DNA from: Octopus bimaculoides
Lineage: Eukaryota
Assembly: GCF_001194135.2 (NCBI RefSeq)
Contig: NC_069001.1
Location: 1,202,680-1,238,715, forward strand
Direction of reading: 5' to 3'
DNA length: 36,036 nucleotides
Position numbers and translations under genes: made by a program. The notes under the pieces are model-generated. The model had not been told where the DNA came from. It searched no databases and saw only the letters and a list, made by a program, of their open reading frames with translations. Positions within the stretch are counted from its first letter, which is position 1. Every line of letters begins with the position of its first letter. Below are positions 13,242-23,945 of this stretch, one piece after another.

Positions 13242-13292
13242 TGTTTGAATACTGCCCATTAACCATTTGTCCTCTGGGCAGTGTTTTGGACA
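13242..13292 (+). other. 51-nt hairpin (17 bp, four G-U pairs, one bulge)
   Basis: UGUUUGAAUACUGCCCA pairs with UGGGCAGUGUUUUGGACA around a 16-nt loop. Confidence 0.6.
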
Positions 13293-13624
13293 TTTATATA
13301 TATATATATCTTNNNNNNNNNNNNNNNNNNNNNNNNNNNNNNNNNNNNNNNNNNNNNNNNNNNNNNNNNNNNNNNNNNNNNNNNNNNNNNNNNNNNNNNN
13401 NNNNNNNNNNNNNNNNNNNNNNNNNNNNNNNNNNNNNNNNNNNNNNNNNNNNNNNNNNNNNNNNNNNNNNNNNNNNNNNNNNNNNNNNNNNNNNNNNNNN
13501 NNNNNNNNNNNNNNNNNNNNNNNNNNNNNNNNNNNNNNNNNNNNNNNNNNNNNNNNNNNNNNNNNNNNNNNNNNNNNNNNNNNNNNNNNNNNNNNNNNNN
13601 NNNNNNNNNNNNNNNNNNNNNNNN

Positions 13625-13677
<53 letters not shown>

Positions 13678-14329
13678 TGAATACATATGACCTATATATA
13701 TATATATATAGTTGTATGGATATTTATACAGGTGATTGGATATGAGTGTGTAAACTTGTTTAAATATATGTCTTGAGATATACGCGTGTATCAGTGTATA
13801 ACGCCAGTATGTTGAAAGTCTACTTGTGAGGCAACTCTACATACACACACACAAATACTCTGAGTGCACACATAGGTATATACCGTGTATAAGCACATTT
13901 CTATATATACTGTATGTTTGTATATATACTGTGTCTGTACACATATGTATTTATATATACTGTATGCGGACACATGTATATATTGGGTGTATATATACAG
14001 GTATGTACTATGTAAATATGTAAATATACACATGCATACGTACATACGGCGAATATACATAAATATACACATACGTATACATATGTATATATACACATAC
14101 GTACATACTATGTAATCAGTAAAATCTAGGTGCTTGATGGAGGCTGACATGTTTGTTTTACAGGTGAAACTATCGTGGTTATTGTAGTGTGAATAATTGT
14201 CTGCAGCTATTGTAATGTCTCGTTATTTAGTGTACCTGGGAAGTGTGTGTGTGTATACATATGAAATGTCTTGCATAAACTTTCAATAAATGTCGTCTGC
14301 GTTTTATGATTGTTGAGTTTAATGTAATC

Positions 14330-15560
14330 TTTAAGTGATCCAGCTGACCAAACCATTTGAGTCAGTGGATATAATGTAGGGTTGATTCTGCTAATGTGAC
14401 CTGCTTTTATTTAAAAGACAATCAGGGGTGATTTGAGGGAGATTTAGCTGCTGTTTCGAATGTAAATTTTTGCCGGGGTAAAGAATACGCACACCACCCG
14501 TTTTCGGCCTAACCCTAAACTCTAATCACCAGGTGTGGCAAACTTTTAACAGATTTGTGTTGGTTTTTAAACATGATCCAGCTAACCATCCTGTTTCCTT
14601 TTAGGAATGTGCAGGACCACATTATCTAATGTGTTCCTGTCCTTGTTTAAGGTGGTAAAGCAATTTATTTGAGGGAGATTTGACTGCTATTTCTAATGTA
14701 ACCTTTTAGAAGTTCTGTGTTGATTTTTAGCACCAGTTGAAATGTCATCACACTGGCAAGCCAGGGGTAATGTAGGGCTGATTTATCTGTTGTGACTTAC
14801 AGGCTTGTCCTTCTATACATACAGGTTCTTTCAGGTGCCGGTGTCACATAAAAGGTACCCCTGCCGGTGCTGCGTAAACGCACCCGTGCCGGCGGCACGT
14901 AAAACGCACTCAGCACACTGTTAAGGGGTTGGCATTAGGAAGGGCATCCAGCAATAGAAACCATGCCACAACAGACAATTGGAGTCTGGATAGCTCCAAG
15001 TTCAAAACCGCCCAACCCATGCCTGCATGGAAAACGGACGTTAATCGATGACGATGATGATTTAAAAGCCGGCTCGATGTGGCTTAAGGGAGATTTGGTC
15101 GCTATTTCTAGCGTAATCTCGTTCCGTGTTGGTTTTTAGAATCAGCTGATCATCTTGTGCTTCATAGAGGAGTCTTGCAGAAGTTCACGTTATCTAGTGT
15201 CATGCTCCTATTTAAAAGACAGTCAAGTGTGATGTGAAGGGGATTTGGTTGTCATTTCTAATGTGTTGCTTTTTAACACCAGGTTAAACGTGATCCAACT
15301 GATCGTCTTGTTTCCATTTAGGGATGTTGCTCCTTCACCTATTTAAGACAGGTGTTATTTAAGGGAGATTTGGTTTCTATTTCTAGCATAATCTTTTAGG
15401 AGGTCTGTGTCTGTTTCTAGCACCAGGTGAACTCTTGAGTCACCGGACCATCTTGTGTTTTTAGGAGTATGATTGAATTTGTTGATGTACCCTATTTATT
15501 TCTATTTCATTTACGACGGTAGAGGGAGATTTGGTCGCTATTTCTTCCACTTCGGGCGAC
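14330..15560 (-). repeat. Degenerate tandem array of family D fragments (~150-bp unit)
   Basis: (G/A)AGGG(A)GATTT-N-GCTATTTCT-type motif at 14435, 14671, 15086, 15237, 15361 and 15522, usually preceded by TTTAA(A)AGAC-like and followed by TTT(T)AGCACCAG-like motifs. Confidence 0.7.
14830..15061 (+). mobile_element. SINE-like family C copy inserted in the family D array
   Basis: GTGCCGG units at 14835, 14861 and 14886, followed by TTGGCATTAGGAAGGGCATCCAGC...CATGGAAAACGGACGTTAATCGATGACGATGATG. Confidence 0.85.
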
Positions 15561-15706
15561 CACTTAGAAGTTTTCTCTGTGACTCGTTTTCGAGTTCTAG
15601 TATTTGTTTTTTTTTCTTATTGGTGTCATGACTTATGTATTGTACGTAAAGGTAGCTACGATAAAGTGGAGAGATATACGAGGTCTCTCTTTCTCTATAC
15701 ACACAC

Positions 15707-15753
<47 letters not shown>

Positions 15754-15819
15754 AATTCACAAAAAAAAAAGACGAAGATAGGTGGTGTAGAAAACAAACA
15801 GATGTATTAGTATAACGCT

Positions 15820-15930
15820 CGGGAATTGAAAAAGTCCTTAATGTTTCGAGCCTACGCTCTTCCACAAAAAGGAACACAGAAAGAAACAAGGAGAGAAAAA
15901 AAAATGTGTATAGGGGTTAGCGATCTGAGT
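15820..15930 (-). mobile_element. Penelope-like element terminal fragment with degenerate minimal hammerhead
   Basis: Minus strand UCCUU-U-UUGUGGA-A-GAGC-GUAG-GCUC-GAAA-CAU-U-AAGGA. Stem II is GAGC/GCUC, GAAA is intact, stem III is minimal, stem I is UCCUU/AAGGA, and the CUGANGA box is mutated. This architecture is typical of PLE pseudo-LTRs. Confidence 0.5.
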
Positions 15931-16903
15931 TGGCAATCGAAAGAAGAGGGCACTCAACACATTTAGTAAGAGTTACATGCTACTTCAAGTTTTGCAGGCC
16001 CATAACGGGAACCTGACGCCTTCGGGACTGAAAGAGTCTAGCTCCCGTTTGGGGCTTGCACACATGCACACACACACAGGGCCAGATTCAAACCGAGTGG
16101 GCCCCTACTATTTTGCTAATTTAAAACAAGATAATAAGGAAGGCCCTGTCAAATCTAAAAGGGCCCAATAAATTAAAAGAGGGCTCAGTAATTTTAAAAG
16201 AACTTTATTAGATTAAAAAATTTTTTTAACAAATTAGAAAAATATTACAGAATATTAATTTGATTGCTGTAAATATATTTAAAAATTAACCCCAAGCTTT
16301 AGGCTTCTCTGAGTTAAAGGAACCCCTTCAATGTTTGGAGGTGGGTGCCTCTGGAATATAGCCCATATATCCGACTATGTATGTATGTATGTATGTATGT
16401 ACACTCATACACACCACACAAAACCTGCCAGTTTTCATGTAAGGTCATGTAATGGTAATTATTGTTTAGTCCCAGGTCAGTGAATATAGATCGAATCTTA
16501 GCAAAGGCAATCCAAATATGATAATTCCATTTCATGTTTGTTTGTTTTTTTTTTTCCTTCTTTCGTTTGTATTCCTGGGACTACATAATCCAATGTGTCC
16601 TTTCATCTCTCTTCCTTTCTTTAAAACTGTAATAACGTATGATCTGAAGGAGATTTTTACTGATATTTCAATCAGGTCAAAGCGACTGTGTAGTCGCCTC
16701 ACCAACTTGTCTGTCATGTTGAGAAGCGAGGTTTGCAGTGTTTGTGTTTTAATATCATCTTTGTGCATCTTTCTCGGGAATTACCAGGACTCTAAAAACA
16801 ACACTATTTTAGTGAAATTTCTAAGGCAGGGGTGTTTCTGAATAGTCGTTCCTCGAATTCCCGTATTTCATGGGCAAAAAGGTATTTCCACCCCCCACTC
16901 CCC

Positions 16904-17075
16904 AGTTCGCAGAATCGTTGGCACGCCGGACAAAATACTTGGCGATATGTCTTCCGGTTTTACGTTGTGGGGATCAATGAATTATGTACCAATTAAACAT
17001 AGGGATCAATCTAATCCATACACCCACCTTCCTCAAATTTCAGGCCTTGTGTCTATAATAGAAAGGATTATTAGA
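16904..17075 (+). mobile_element. SINE family A copy, internally deleted
   Basis: GCAGAATCGTTGGCACGCCGGACAAAATACTT head and CCTCAAATTTCAGGCCTTGTGTCTATAATAGAAAGGATTATT tail, abutting a gap. Confidence 0.75.
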
Positions 17076-18249
17076 GTATNNNNNNNNNNNNNNNNNNNNN
17101 NNNNNNNNNNNNNNNNNNNNNNNNNNNNNNNNNNNNNNNNNNNNNNNNNNNNNNNNNNNNNNNNNNNNNNNNNNNNNNNNNNNNNNNNNNNNNNNNNNNN
17201 NNNNNNNNNNNNNNNNNNNNNNNNNNNNNNNNNNNNNNNNNNNNNNNNNNNNNNNNNNNNNNNNNNNNNNNNNNNNNNNNNNNNNNNNNNNNNNNNNNNN
17301 NNNNNNNNNNNNNNNNNNNNNNNNNNNNNNNNNNNNNNNNNNNNNNNNNNNNNNNNNNNNNNNNNNNNNNNNNNNNNNNNNNNNNNNNNNNNNNNNNNNN
17401 NNNNNNNNNNNNNNNNNNNNNNNNNNNNNNNNNNNNNNNNNNNNNNNNNNNNNNNNNNNNNNNNNNNNNNNNNNNNNNNNNNNNNNNNNNNNNNNNNNNN
17501 NNNNNNNNNNNNNNNNNNNNNNNNNNNNNNNNNNNNNNNNNNNNNNNNNNNNNNNNNNNNNNNNNNNNNNNNNNNNNNNNNNNNNNNNNNNNNNNNNNNN
17601 NNNNNNNNNNNNNNNNNNNNNNNNNNNNNNNNNNNNNNNNNNNNNNNNNNNNNNNNNNNNNNNNNNNNNNNNNNNNNNNNNNNNNNNNNNNNNNNNNNNN
17701 NNNNNNNNNNNNNNNNNNNNNNNNNNNNNNNNNNNNNNNNNNNNNNNNNNNNNNNNNNNNNNNNNNNNNNNNNNNNNNNNNNNNNNNNNNNNNNNNNNNN
17801 NNNNNNNNNNNNNNNNNNNNNNNNNNNNNNNNNNNNNNNNNNNNNNNNNNNNNNNNTAGAATTCTAGCCGTGCCAGTTCCGTCTGTTTTGCCAGTATCTA
17901 GGACTGCACTTTCTTGTGTATCTTTCCACCTCGTCTTTCTTACCACAACCATTATCATCATATCTGTCATCACCATCACCATTATCATCAACATCGTTTT
18001 AACGTGTTTCATCCACGTAAGCTCGGTTGATTCTTTAACCCCAGGTCAGCTGCAATCAAGTAAGACCTGCGGTTATCAAAAGACGTTCCATTCATTATCA
18101 TCCTGTTTTTTAATTTTCTTTTTCTGACACATATCTAGGATCACATCGAATGTGTCCTTACCTTTCTTTTTTTTTTTAATAAAAAAAGACTTGGCTGCTA
18201 TTTCTAGCAGTTTGAGTAACTGGGAGAGTGCATATAAGTATATATATTC

Positions 18250-18445
18250 TTTTGTTTGTTTTAGTCATTTTTACAGTGGCCATGCTGGAGCACCGCCTTT
18301 AGTCGAACAAATCGACCCCGGGATTTATTCTTTGTAAGCTTAATACTTATTCTATCGGTCTGTTTTGCTGAACTGCTAAGTTACGGGGACGTAAATACAC
18401 CAACATCGGTTGTCAAGCGATGGTGGTGGTGGGGACAAAGACACG
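18250..18445 (+). mobile_element. Repeat module X (SINE-associated)
   Basis: TAGTCATTT...GGCCATGCTGGAGCACCGCCTTTAG...ATCGACCCCGGGATTTATTCTTTGTAAGC...ACACCAACATCGGTTGTCAAGCGATGGTG, homologous to 34352-34530. Confidence 0.8.
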
Positions 18446-18487
18446 CACCCATACACACACACGTATATATACACATACATGTATATA

Positions 18488-18628
18488 CGACGGGCTTCTT
18501 TCAGTTTCCATCTACCAAATCCACTCTCAAGGCTTTGGTCGGCCCAAGGCTATAGCAGAAGGCACTTGCCCAAGGTGCTACGCAATGGGACTGAACCTGG
18601 AACCATGCAGTTGGTATGCAAGCTACTT
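18488..18628 (-). mobile_element. SINE family B copy
   Basis: GGGCTTCTTTCAGTTTCCATCTACCAAATCCAC...CACTTGCCCAAGGTG...GGGACTGAACC. The CCTTGGGCAAGT motif resembles the CORE-SINE domain. Confidence 0.85.
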
Positions 18629-18629
18629 G

Positions 18630-18995
18630 AGCACCAGTCGAGCGTGATCGTTACCAGCGTCGCCTTACTGGCACTTGTGCCGGTGGCACATGAACAAACA
18701 TTCGAGTGAGGTCGTTGCCAGTGCCGAAGGACTGGCTCCTGTGCAGGTGGCACGTGAAAAGCACCATTTGAGCGTGGCTGTTGCCAGTACCACCTGACTG
18801 GCCCTTGTGCCGGTGGCACATAAAAGCACCCGCTACACTCCTGGAGTGATTGGCATTAGGAAGGGCATCCAGCTGTAGAAACTCTGCCAGATCAGATTGG
18901 AGCCTGGTTTAGCCATCTGGTTCGCTAGTCCTCAGTCAAATAGTCCAACCCATGCCAGCATGGAAAGCGGACGTTAAACGATGATGATAATGATA
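18630..18995 (+). mobile_element. SINE-like family C with internal ~65-bp tandem repeats and (GAT)n tail
   Basis: Three units starting at 18667, 18731 and 18797, each with GTGC(C/A)GGTGGCAC, then TTGGCATTAGGAAGGGCATCCAGC...CATGGAAAGCGGACGTTAAACGATGATGAT. Confidence 0.85.
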
Positions 18996-19259
18996 ATTCG
19001 ATTAGAGGTTGTGTTAACCTCATGAAGGGATGGTTTCATCCAAGGAAATACTGGTTCAATACTTGGTATTATTGGGGATTTAATTTCCGTAAAATAATAG
19101 GTATATATATAAAAACATATAGTTTATATTCATATAAAACAAGAGAAAGAAAATGGAGATTAGAAAGTTAATAATTGCTTATTATTATCAGCAAATTAAT
19201 CATCATCCCTTACAGCTGTTTCAATTGATACTCAATATATATTAAATCTATATGACCTG

Positions 19260-19398
19260 AGTGTAATATCTTCAGAGGGGGAAAAAATACCCCCTTGGAT
19301 GTTTTATGTGTTTATGGATTCATTATAGTACACTGAATCCATAAACACATAAAAAACATCCAAGGGTATATTTTTCCCCCCTCTGAAGATATTACACT
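19260..19398. repeat. Long near-perfect inverted repeat (63/65-nt arms, 11-nt spacer)
   Basis: Arms 19260-19322 and 19334-19398 differ mainly in homopolymer lengths. Confidence 0.95.
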
Positions 19399-19444
19399 GT
19401 TATAAACTAAACCATTTTAACCCACTGAACATGCACTGCTGGAA

Positions 19445-19493
19445 TTGGGGTGCGTCTTATATAGCTGTGTGTCATGTATACCATCAAATACGG
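19445..19493. mobile_element. Right end of a Tc2/pogo-type DNA element
   Basis: GGGGTGCGTCTTATATAGC...AAATACGG|TA, the same terminal signature as the 6201-6648 element. No clear left end was found. Confidence 0.5.
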
Positions 19494-19734
19494 TATATTA
19501 AATAGAAACAGTTTTTTTTTTTAATATTTATAATTTTTGTTCTATTAAATTATTTACTACTTTTAACTAGGGCAACCGGAAAAGAAAGCTAATTTTGTTC
19601 ACCCTTTTTATTCAAAGGGAGATTTGTGGGTCCTCGATTTAGCTGCACTTTTTGCACTACGATAGTATAAACCCTCTGGTAACCCACATCCCTTGGGGCT
19701 CAAAGCACGTGGTTATTTAGCTTAAGGGTTAATA

Positions 19735-20140
19735 TAGTCCTGGGTATTGTAGTTAGTCGTATGGTTTAGGTGCAAGTATAATAGTGTCTGTAGTAGTTTG
19801 CAGTGATATAGTTTGGTTTTAGTATTGTGGTGTGATTCTAGTCAGTGCTTTGGTTTTGGTGGTGGTAAGTTGTATAGTGTAGTATTATTGCAGTGAATAG
19901 TATAGTCGTGTAATGTGATTGTAGTCAGTGATACGGTTTGGGTGCTAGTAGAGTGTAACGTAACTGTAGCCAGTTTGGTGGTGTGATAGTACTGTGCGAG
20001 TAGTGAGTGAAATAGTTTTGGTGGTGGTGGTAGTAGTATTGTCTATGTAGCCAGTGCTACAGTTAGGTTATAACAATGTGCTGTGAATGCAGTCAGTGAT
20101 ATAGTTTTGGTGGTGTGGTTAGTGTGCTAAATGTGTGAGA
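19735..20140. repeat. Degenerate G+T-rich minisatellite-like tract
   Basis: Recurring (GTAGT)CAGTGATATAGTTTTGGTGGTG-like units with strong strand asymmetry. Confidence 0.6.
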
Positions 20141-21649
20141 TCCTCATGACTAAAAGCAACATGGAGTCTGCTGCCAATTGTAAACACACTAAACTCACTT
20201 TGTACCATTAAGTAGGAGAGAGAGAGAGAGAAAGAGAGTGTGTGTGTGTGTCTTTCTTTTTCCTCTTCCTCGCCTTACACATCATTCCTTTTTGCTTCTT
20301 GTCTCTCTATCTACACATCTGAGAGAAATCTCTTACTGTGTCTAGAAATATGTCTGTCTGCCTATCTATCTATCTAGCTAGCTATCTATCTATCTCAGTT
20401 ATAACCACAACACACATTTTATAACTACATCCAGTTTTACAACCGCCCCTCCCCCATATATATATATATATATGTGTGTGTGTGATATATCTAGTTATCT
20501 ATCTATCTATCATGCACATACACACTTTACTACATTACACAACACAGCACTCACGCAACCATCTCCTTCCTCTCCAACACAATCTCACAACTGTACCACT
20601 ACGCGCGCACCCACCATCGCCACCACCACCACCACCATCCTAGTTACAAGTCGTTGTTGCTTTTTCTTCAACAACCACAGCATCTGCTATTCCTCCTTCG
20701 TAGCAAAAGCTTCATATTTCCCTACTGACAAAACCTTCTCTTCCAACACCCTTCACCACCCCACCTCTCAGCTGATGTGTTTTCTTTTGAGGTTCCTTCT
20801 CCTCCTCATCCCCTTCTTCATCCGTTTTTTTCTCTCTCTTCTTTTTCTTCCTTTTCTTTTTCATCTTCTTCCTTCCTCTTCATAGTTTCTTTCTGCATTT
20901 TCTGGTTTTTTAATTCTCTTGTTCTCTGCATTTTTCTGTTTTTTCTTCTTCTTCTTTCTCGTTGTTGTTGCTCTTCTTCTTCTTCTTCTTCTTCTTCTTC
21001 TTCTTCTTCTTCTTCTTCTTCTTCTCTCCGCCCCCCCCACCTCTATCTCTTACGTCTTTTTCTCTACAAACCTCCTTTCTGACCCACTCCTCTTATTATT
21101 TATTCACTGCTCCCCGTCCGTCCGTCTTCTGTGTCATTGCAACTGGTTCTTATTTTGGCATCTTTACACTTTGCCGTTACAGGAGATCCTTACGCTTTCA
21201 TAATCTCTTAAATAACCCCCTTTTTTTTCACATATATATACATTTGTTTAATTACTGTTTTAAGATTGCTGGATGTTTAAGCTCAAAGAAGGCCGCCCTA
21301 CCCTCACGTTACAGATTCATCGTATTCTACCAAACTAGCCCTTTAGAATATTAGTTATGTAGAGTACGAATTAATTGTGCCTGTAGTTGAAGTGTGTGTA
21401 TATATATATATATATATATATTTATACACACACACGCTCACATAAGGCGGTAACGCGAAACTCTTGGTGATCATTGAGTGTAAAATGTTTTAAATTCTGT
21501 TGTTAATTCCACGATTGAAATAAAATACCAATCATGCGTTAGGGTCGATTAAATCGAATAACCCCCCGACTTCTCCGTCAAATTTCAGGCATTGTGCCTT
21601 TTGTTAGACACAGTTACCAATTTTACTCAAGTACTTTTTTCGTGTTTTG

Positions 21650-21686
<37 letters not shown>

Positions 21687-22030
21687 TGTATGTCATTGCA
21701 ACGTGGTTGGCAACGTACGAAACTCTTGGCCCTTGAGTCACTAACTTTTGCCGATTATTATAAGGTTGTATATTTACTCATGTTTTGAGTTCTATTCTCA
21801 TGTTTGCATCACCATATATATATATATATATATACACACACGTTTATACATCAGACATTATCGCAATCGAGGAGGCCTGTACATAATATGATTGCTTGGT
21901 TTGCTAGAAATAGGTGTCAAATCTCTCCCAAATCACGTCCTATTTCTTGTCTTTGAAAAAACATAAGCAAGGAAGGTCAGAAATCGAACACGTATGTAAT
22001 ATAACTACAAGTGCAACAATACATACACAC

Positions 22031-22088
<58 letters not shown>

Positions 22089-23150
22089 GCACATACATAC
22101 ACACATGTGTATATATGTATGTGTGTGTGTGTGTGTGATAACGTAAAGTGGGTTGAATATGGTCGTAATGTTTATTCGAGGCTGGATCCATTTTGATCAA
22201 GCGATTCTGAATGACGTGGACGATCGGGTCATTCTAGCGTGGATGGTTTCGTTATACCGACGGAGCCACGACGCGGCTATATATATATATAGATGTAGAC
22301 CGGGGCAACTGGCTTACATTTTTAACCTTTTGCCCGTCCTGCTTATGACATGATACCCAGGATATATTTCCCTGGCATCCATGTATCATCATATAAAGGG
22401 CCGTCTTAAGACATGAGCACACTGGGCCGTTGTCTGGAGGCCTCGCAGATTTAAGGGTCCAATTCTGATCTATGTTACCTGTCAATCAATAAACACTATA
22501 TCGCTCAGTACATTGCTTTCCTCGGGGGGGGGGGCGTATAATGCTGCTAAGATGTCTCTCATCATATATGAGACATGTTCCCAGTTATTTTTTTTCTCAA
22601 CCACCAGATTAATTTGGGACTTAAAAAGGGAAAGCTTCATTTTACTTAGAACGTATGAAGCAAGGCCTAACTAAAAGACTGAAAACAATCGTGGATGTTT
22701 AGGACAATCTTATGGAAATGTTTTGCCGAGCAAAGAGTTAAGCTACCCCTTAATTCACTGTTTGTCATTCATTTCGCAAGGGCCATTCTGGCTGCTACGA
22801 GGAAATTTCAATAACACTGCTGTTGCTACGGACCGAAAACGATACTCCTTCGGGTTTTCTCGTCCCACTAACCCCGCTCCTTGCCTCGCCCTCTGCTCTG
22901 GGAGTCGATTCTAGGAATTACGTAGGAACCAGCTTGTAGCAACAGCCCTCTTCAGATGTCGATCGTAAAACGTGTGGTGTAAAAAAAACTTAAAATAAAT
23001 TAGTAGTAGTAGTAGTAGTAATGATAACGATCGTCATCATCATCATCATCATCATCGTCATCATAATATTTACTGTTGTTATTCTTGATTGTCAGTTTGT
23101 TTATCTGCGTATTTGTTATAGCTTTCTGCCTCTGACCTTTGCGGCTAATC

Positions 23151-23197
<47 letters not shown>

Positions 23198-23745
23198 GAT
23201 GATGATGTTTTTTTATCAGCCACAAGGGTATAGATGCGGGAAAGGAAAGGGCAAAGACGGTGAAATACATGGTATACAATAATAATGATGATGGTAATAA
23301 TAATAATAACAACAACAATAATAATAATAGATTTGTAAAGTGGGGGCCAACGATATAAGGGTGAATTGGTGCTTTCTGCTGATTTCTGAGATAAACACAA
23401 ACCCTCCTCCGCTGCAGGTCTAGGACATAGAAAGGTGGCGGGGACTCTGACAAATTGAATCGATTCAGTTACAGCATTGATATTTTATTTTATTGACACC
23501 GGAAGCAGGACAAAAAAAAATGGTAAAGAATGACTCCAGCGGCATTTGAGCTTAGAAGGAAAATAAATACGTCGTTGTACTTAGGTCCCGAGGTGAAAAA
23601 CCCAGTCCAGTGTCGAGTTGACCTTTCATGTATCAAGGGGTCAATACACTTAAAGCGCCCCGGCATTTTATGCTGGTCGAGTTCGATGTTGTAGACTAAA
23701 TAAGTTAGCTTTTTGTCTTCTAAAATTCATGACTTGTGGCTTCGC

Positions 23746-23945
23746 GGCGAACTTGGCAGAAATTGGTAGCACGAAATGCTTAGCGGCATTTCTTCTTGCT
23801 TTAAGGTTCTGAGTTCAAATCCCCCCCCCCCCCAGGTCGACTTTCCTTTTTATCCTTTCCGGGTCAATTAAATACCAGTTGAGCATTGGGGGTCGATGTA
23901 ATCCACTAGTCACCGCCCCGCAAATTTCCTACCTTGCGCCTTGTA
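23746..23945 (+). mobile_element. SINE family A copy
   Basis: GGCGAACTTGGCAGAAATTGGTAGCAC...GAGTTCAAATCC...GGTCGACTTTCCTTTTTATCCTTTCCGGGTCAAT...GGGGTCGATGTAATC. More decayed family A fragments flank it (about 23460-23660 and 23975-24120). Confidence 0.8.

Noticed and set aside
14164-14192. TTTACAG|GTGAAAC as second exon of the 11071 gene
   Set aside because: The phase-1 frame hits TGA at 14190 after 9 codons. A similar candidate at 21183 hits TAA at 21209.
16078-16170. CAGGGCCAGATTCAAACC...GGGCCCC (and AGGGCCGTCTTAAG at about 22398) resembling DNA transposon left TIRs
   Set aside because: No matching right TIR or TSD was found nearby, so they could not be delimited.
18660-18830. Regularly spaced palindromic repeats resembling a CRISPR array
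   Set aside because: Eukaryotic context, the 'spacers' are homologous to one another, and the array lies inside a SINE-like element.
19417-19732. TTAA|CCC ... AGGG|TTAA piggyBac-like ends
   Set aside because: The inverted match does not extend beyond 3 nt.
22945-22960. Minus-strand CUGAAGA as a third hammerhead
   Set aside because: No correctly placed GAAA, GUH or stem I partner.
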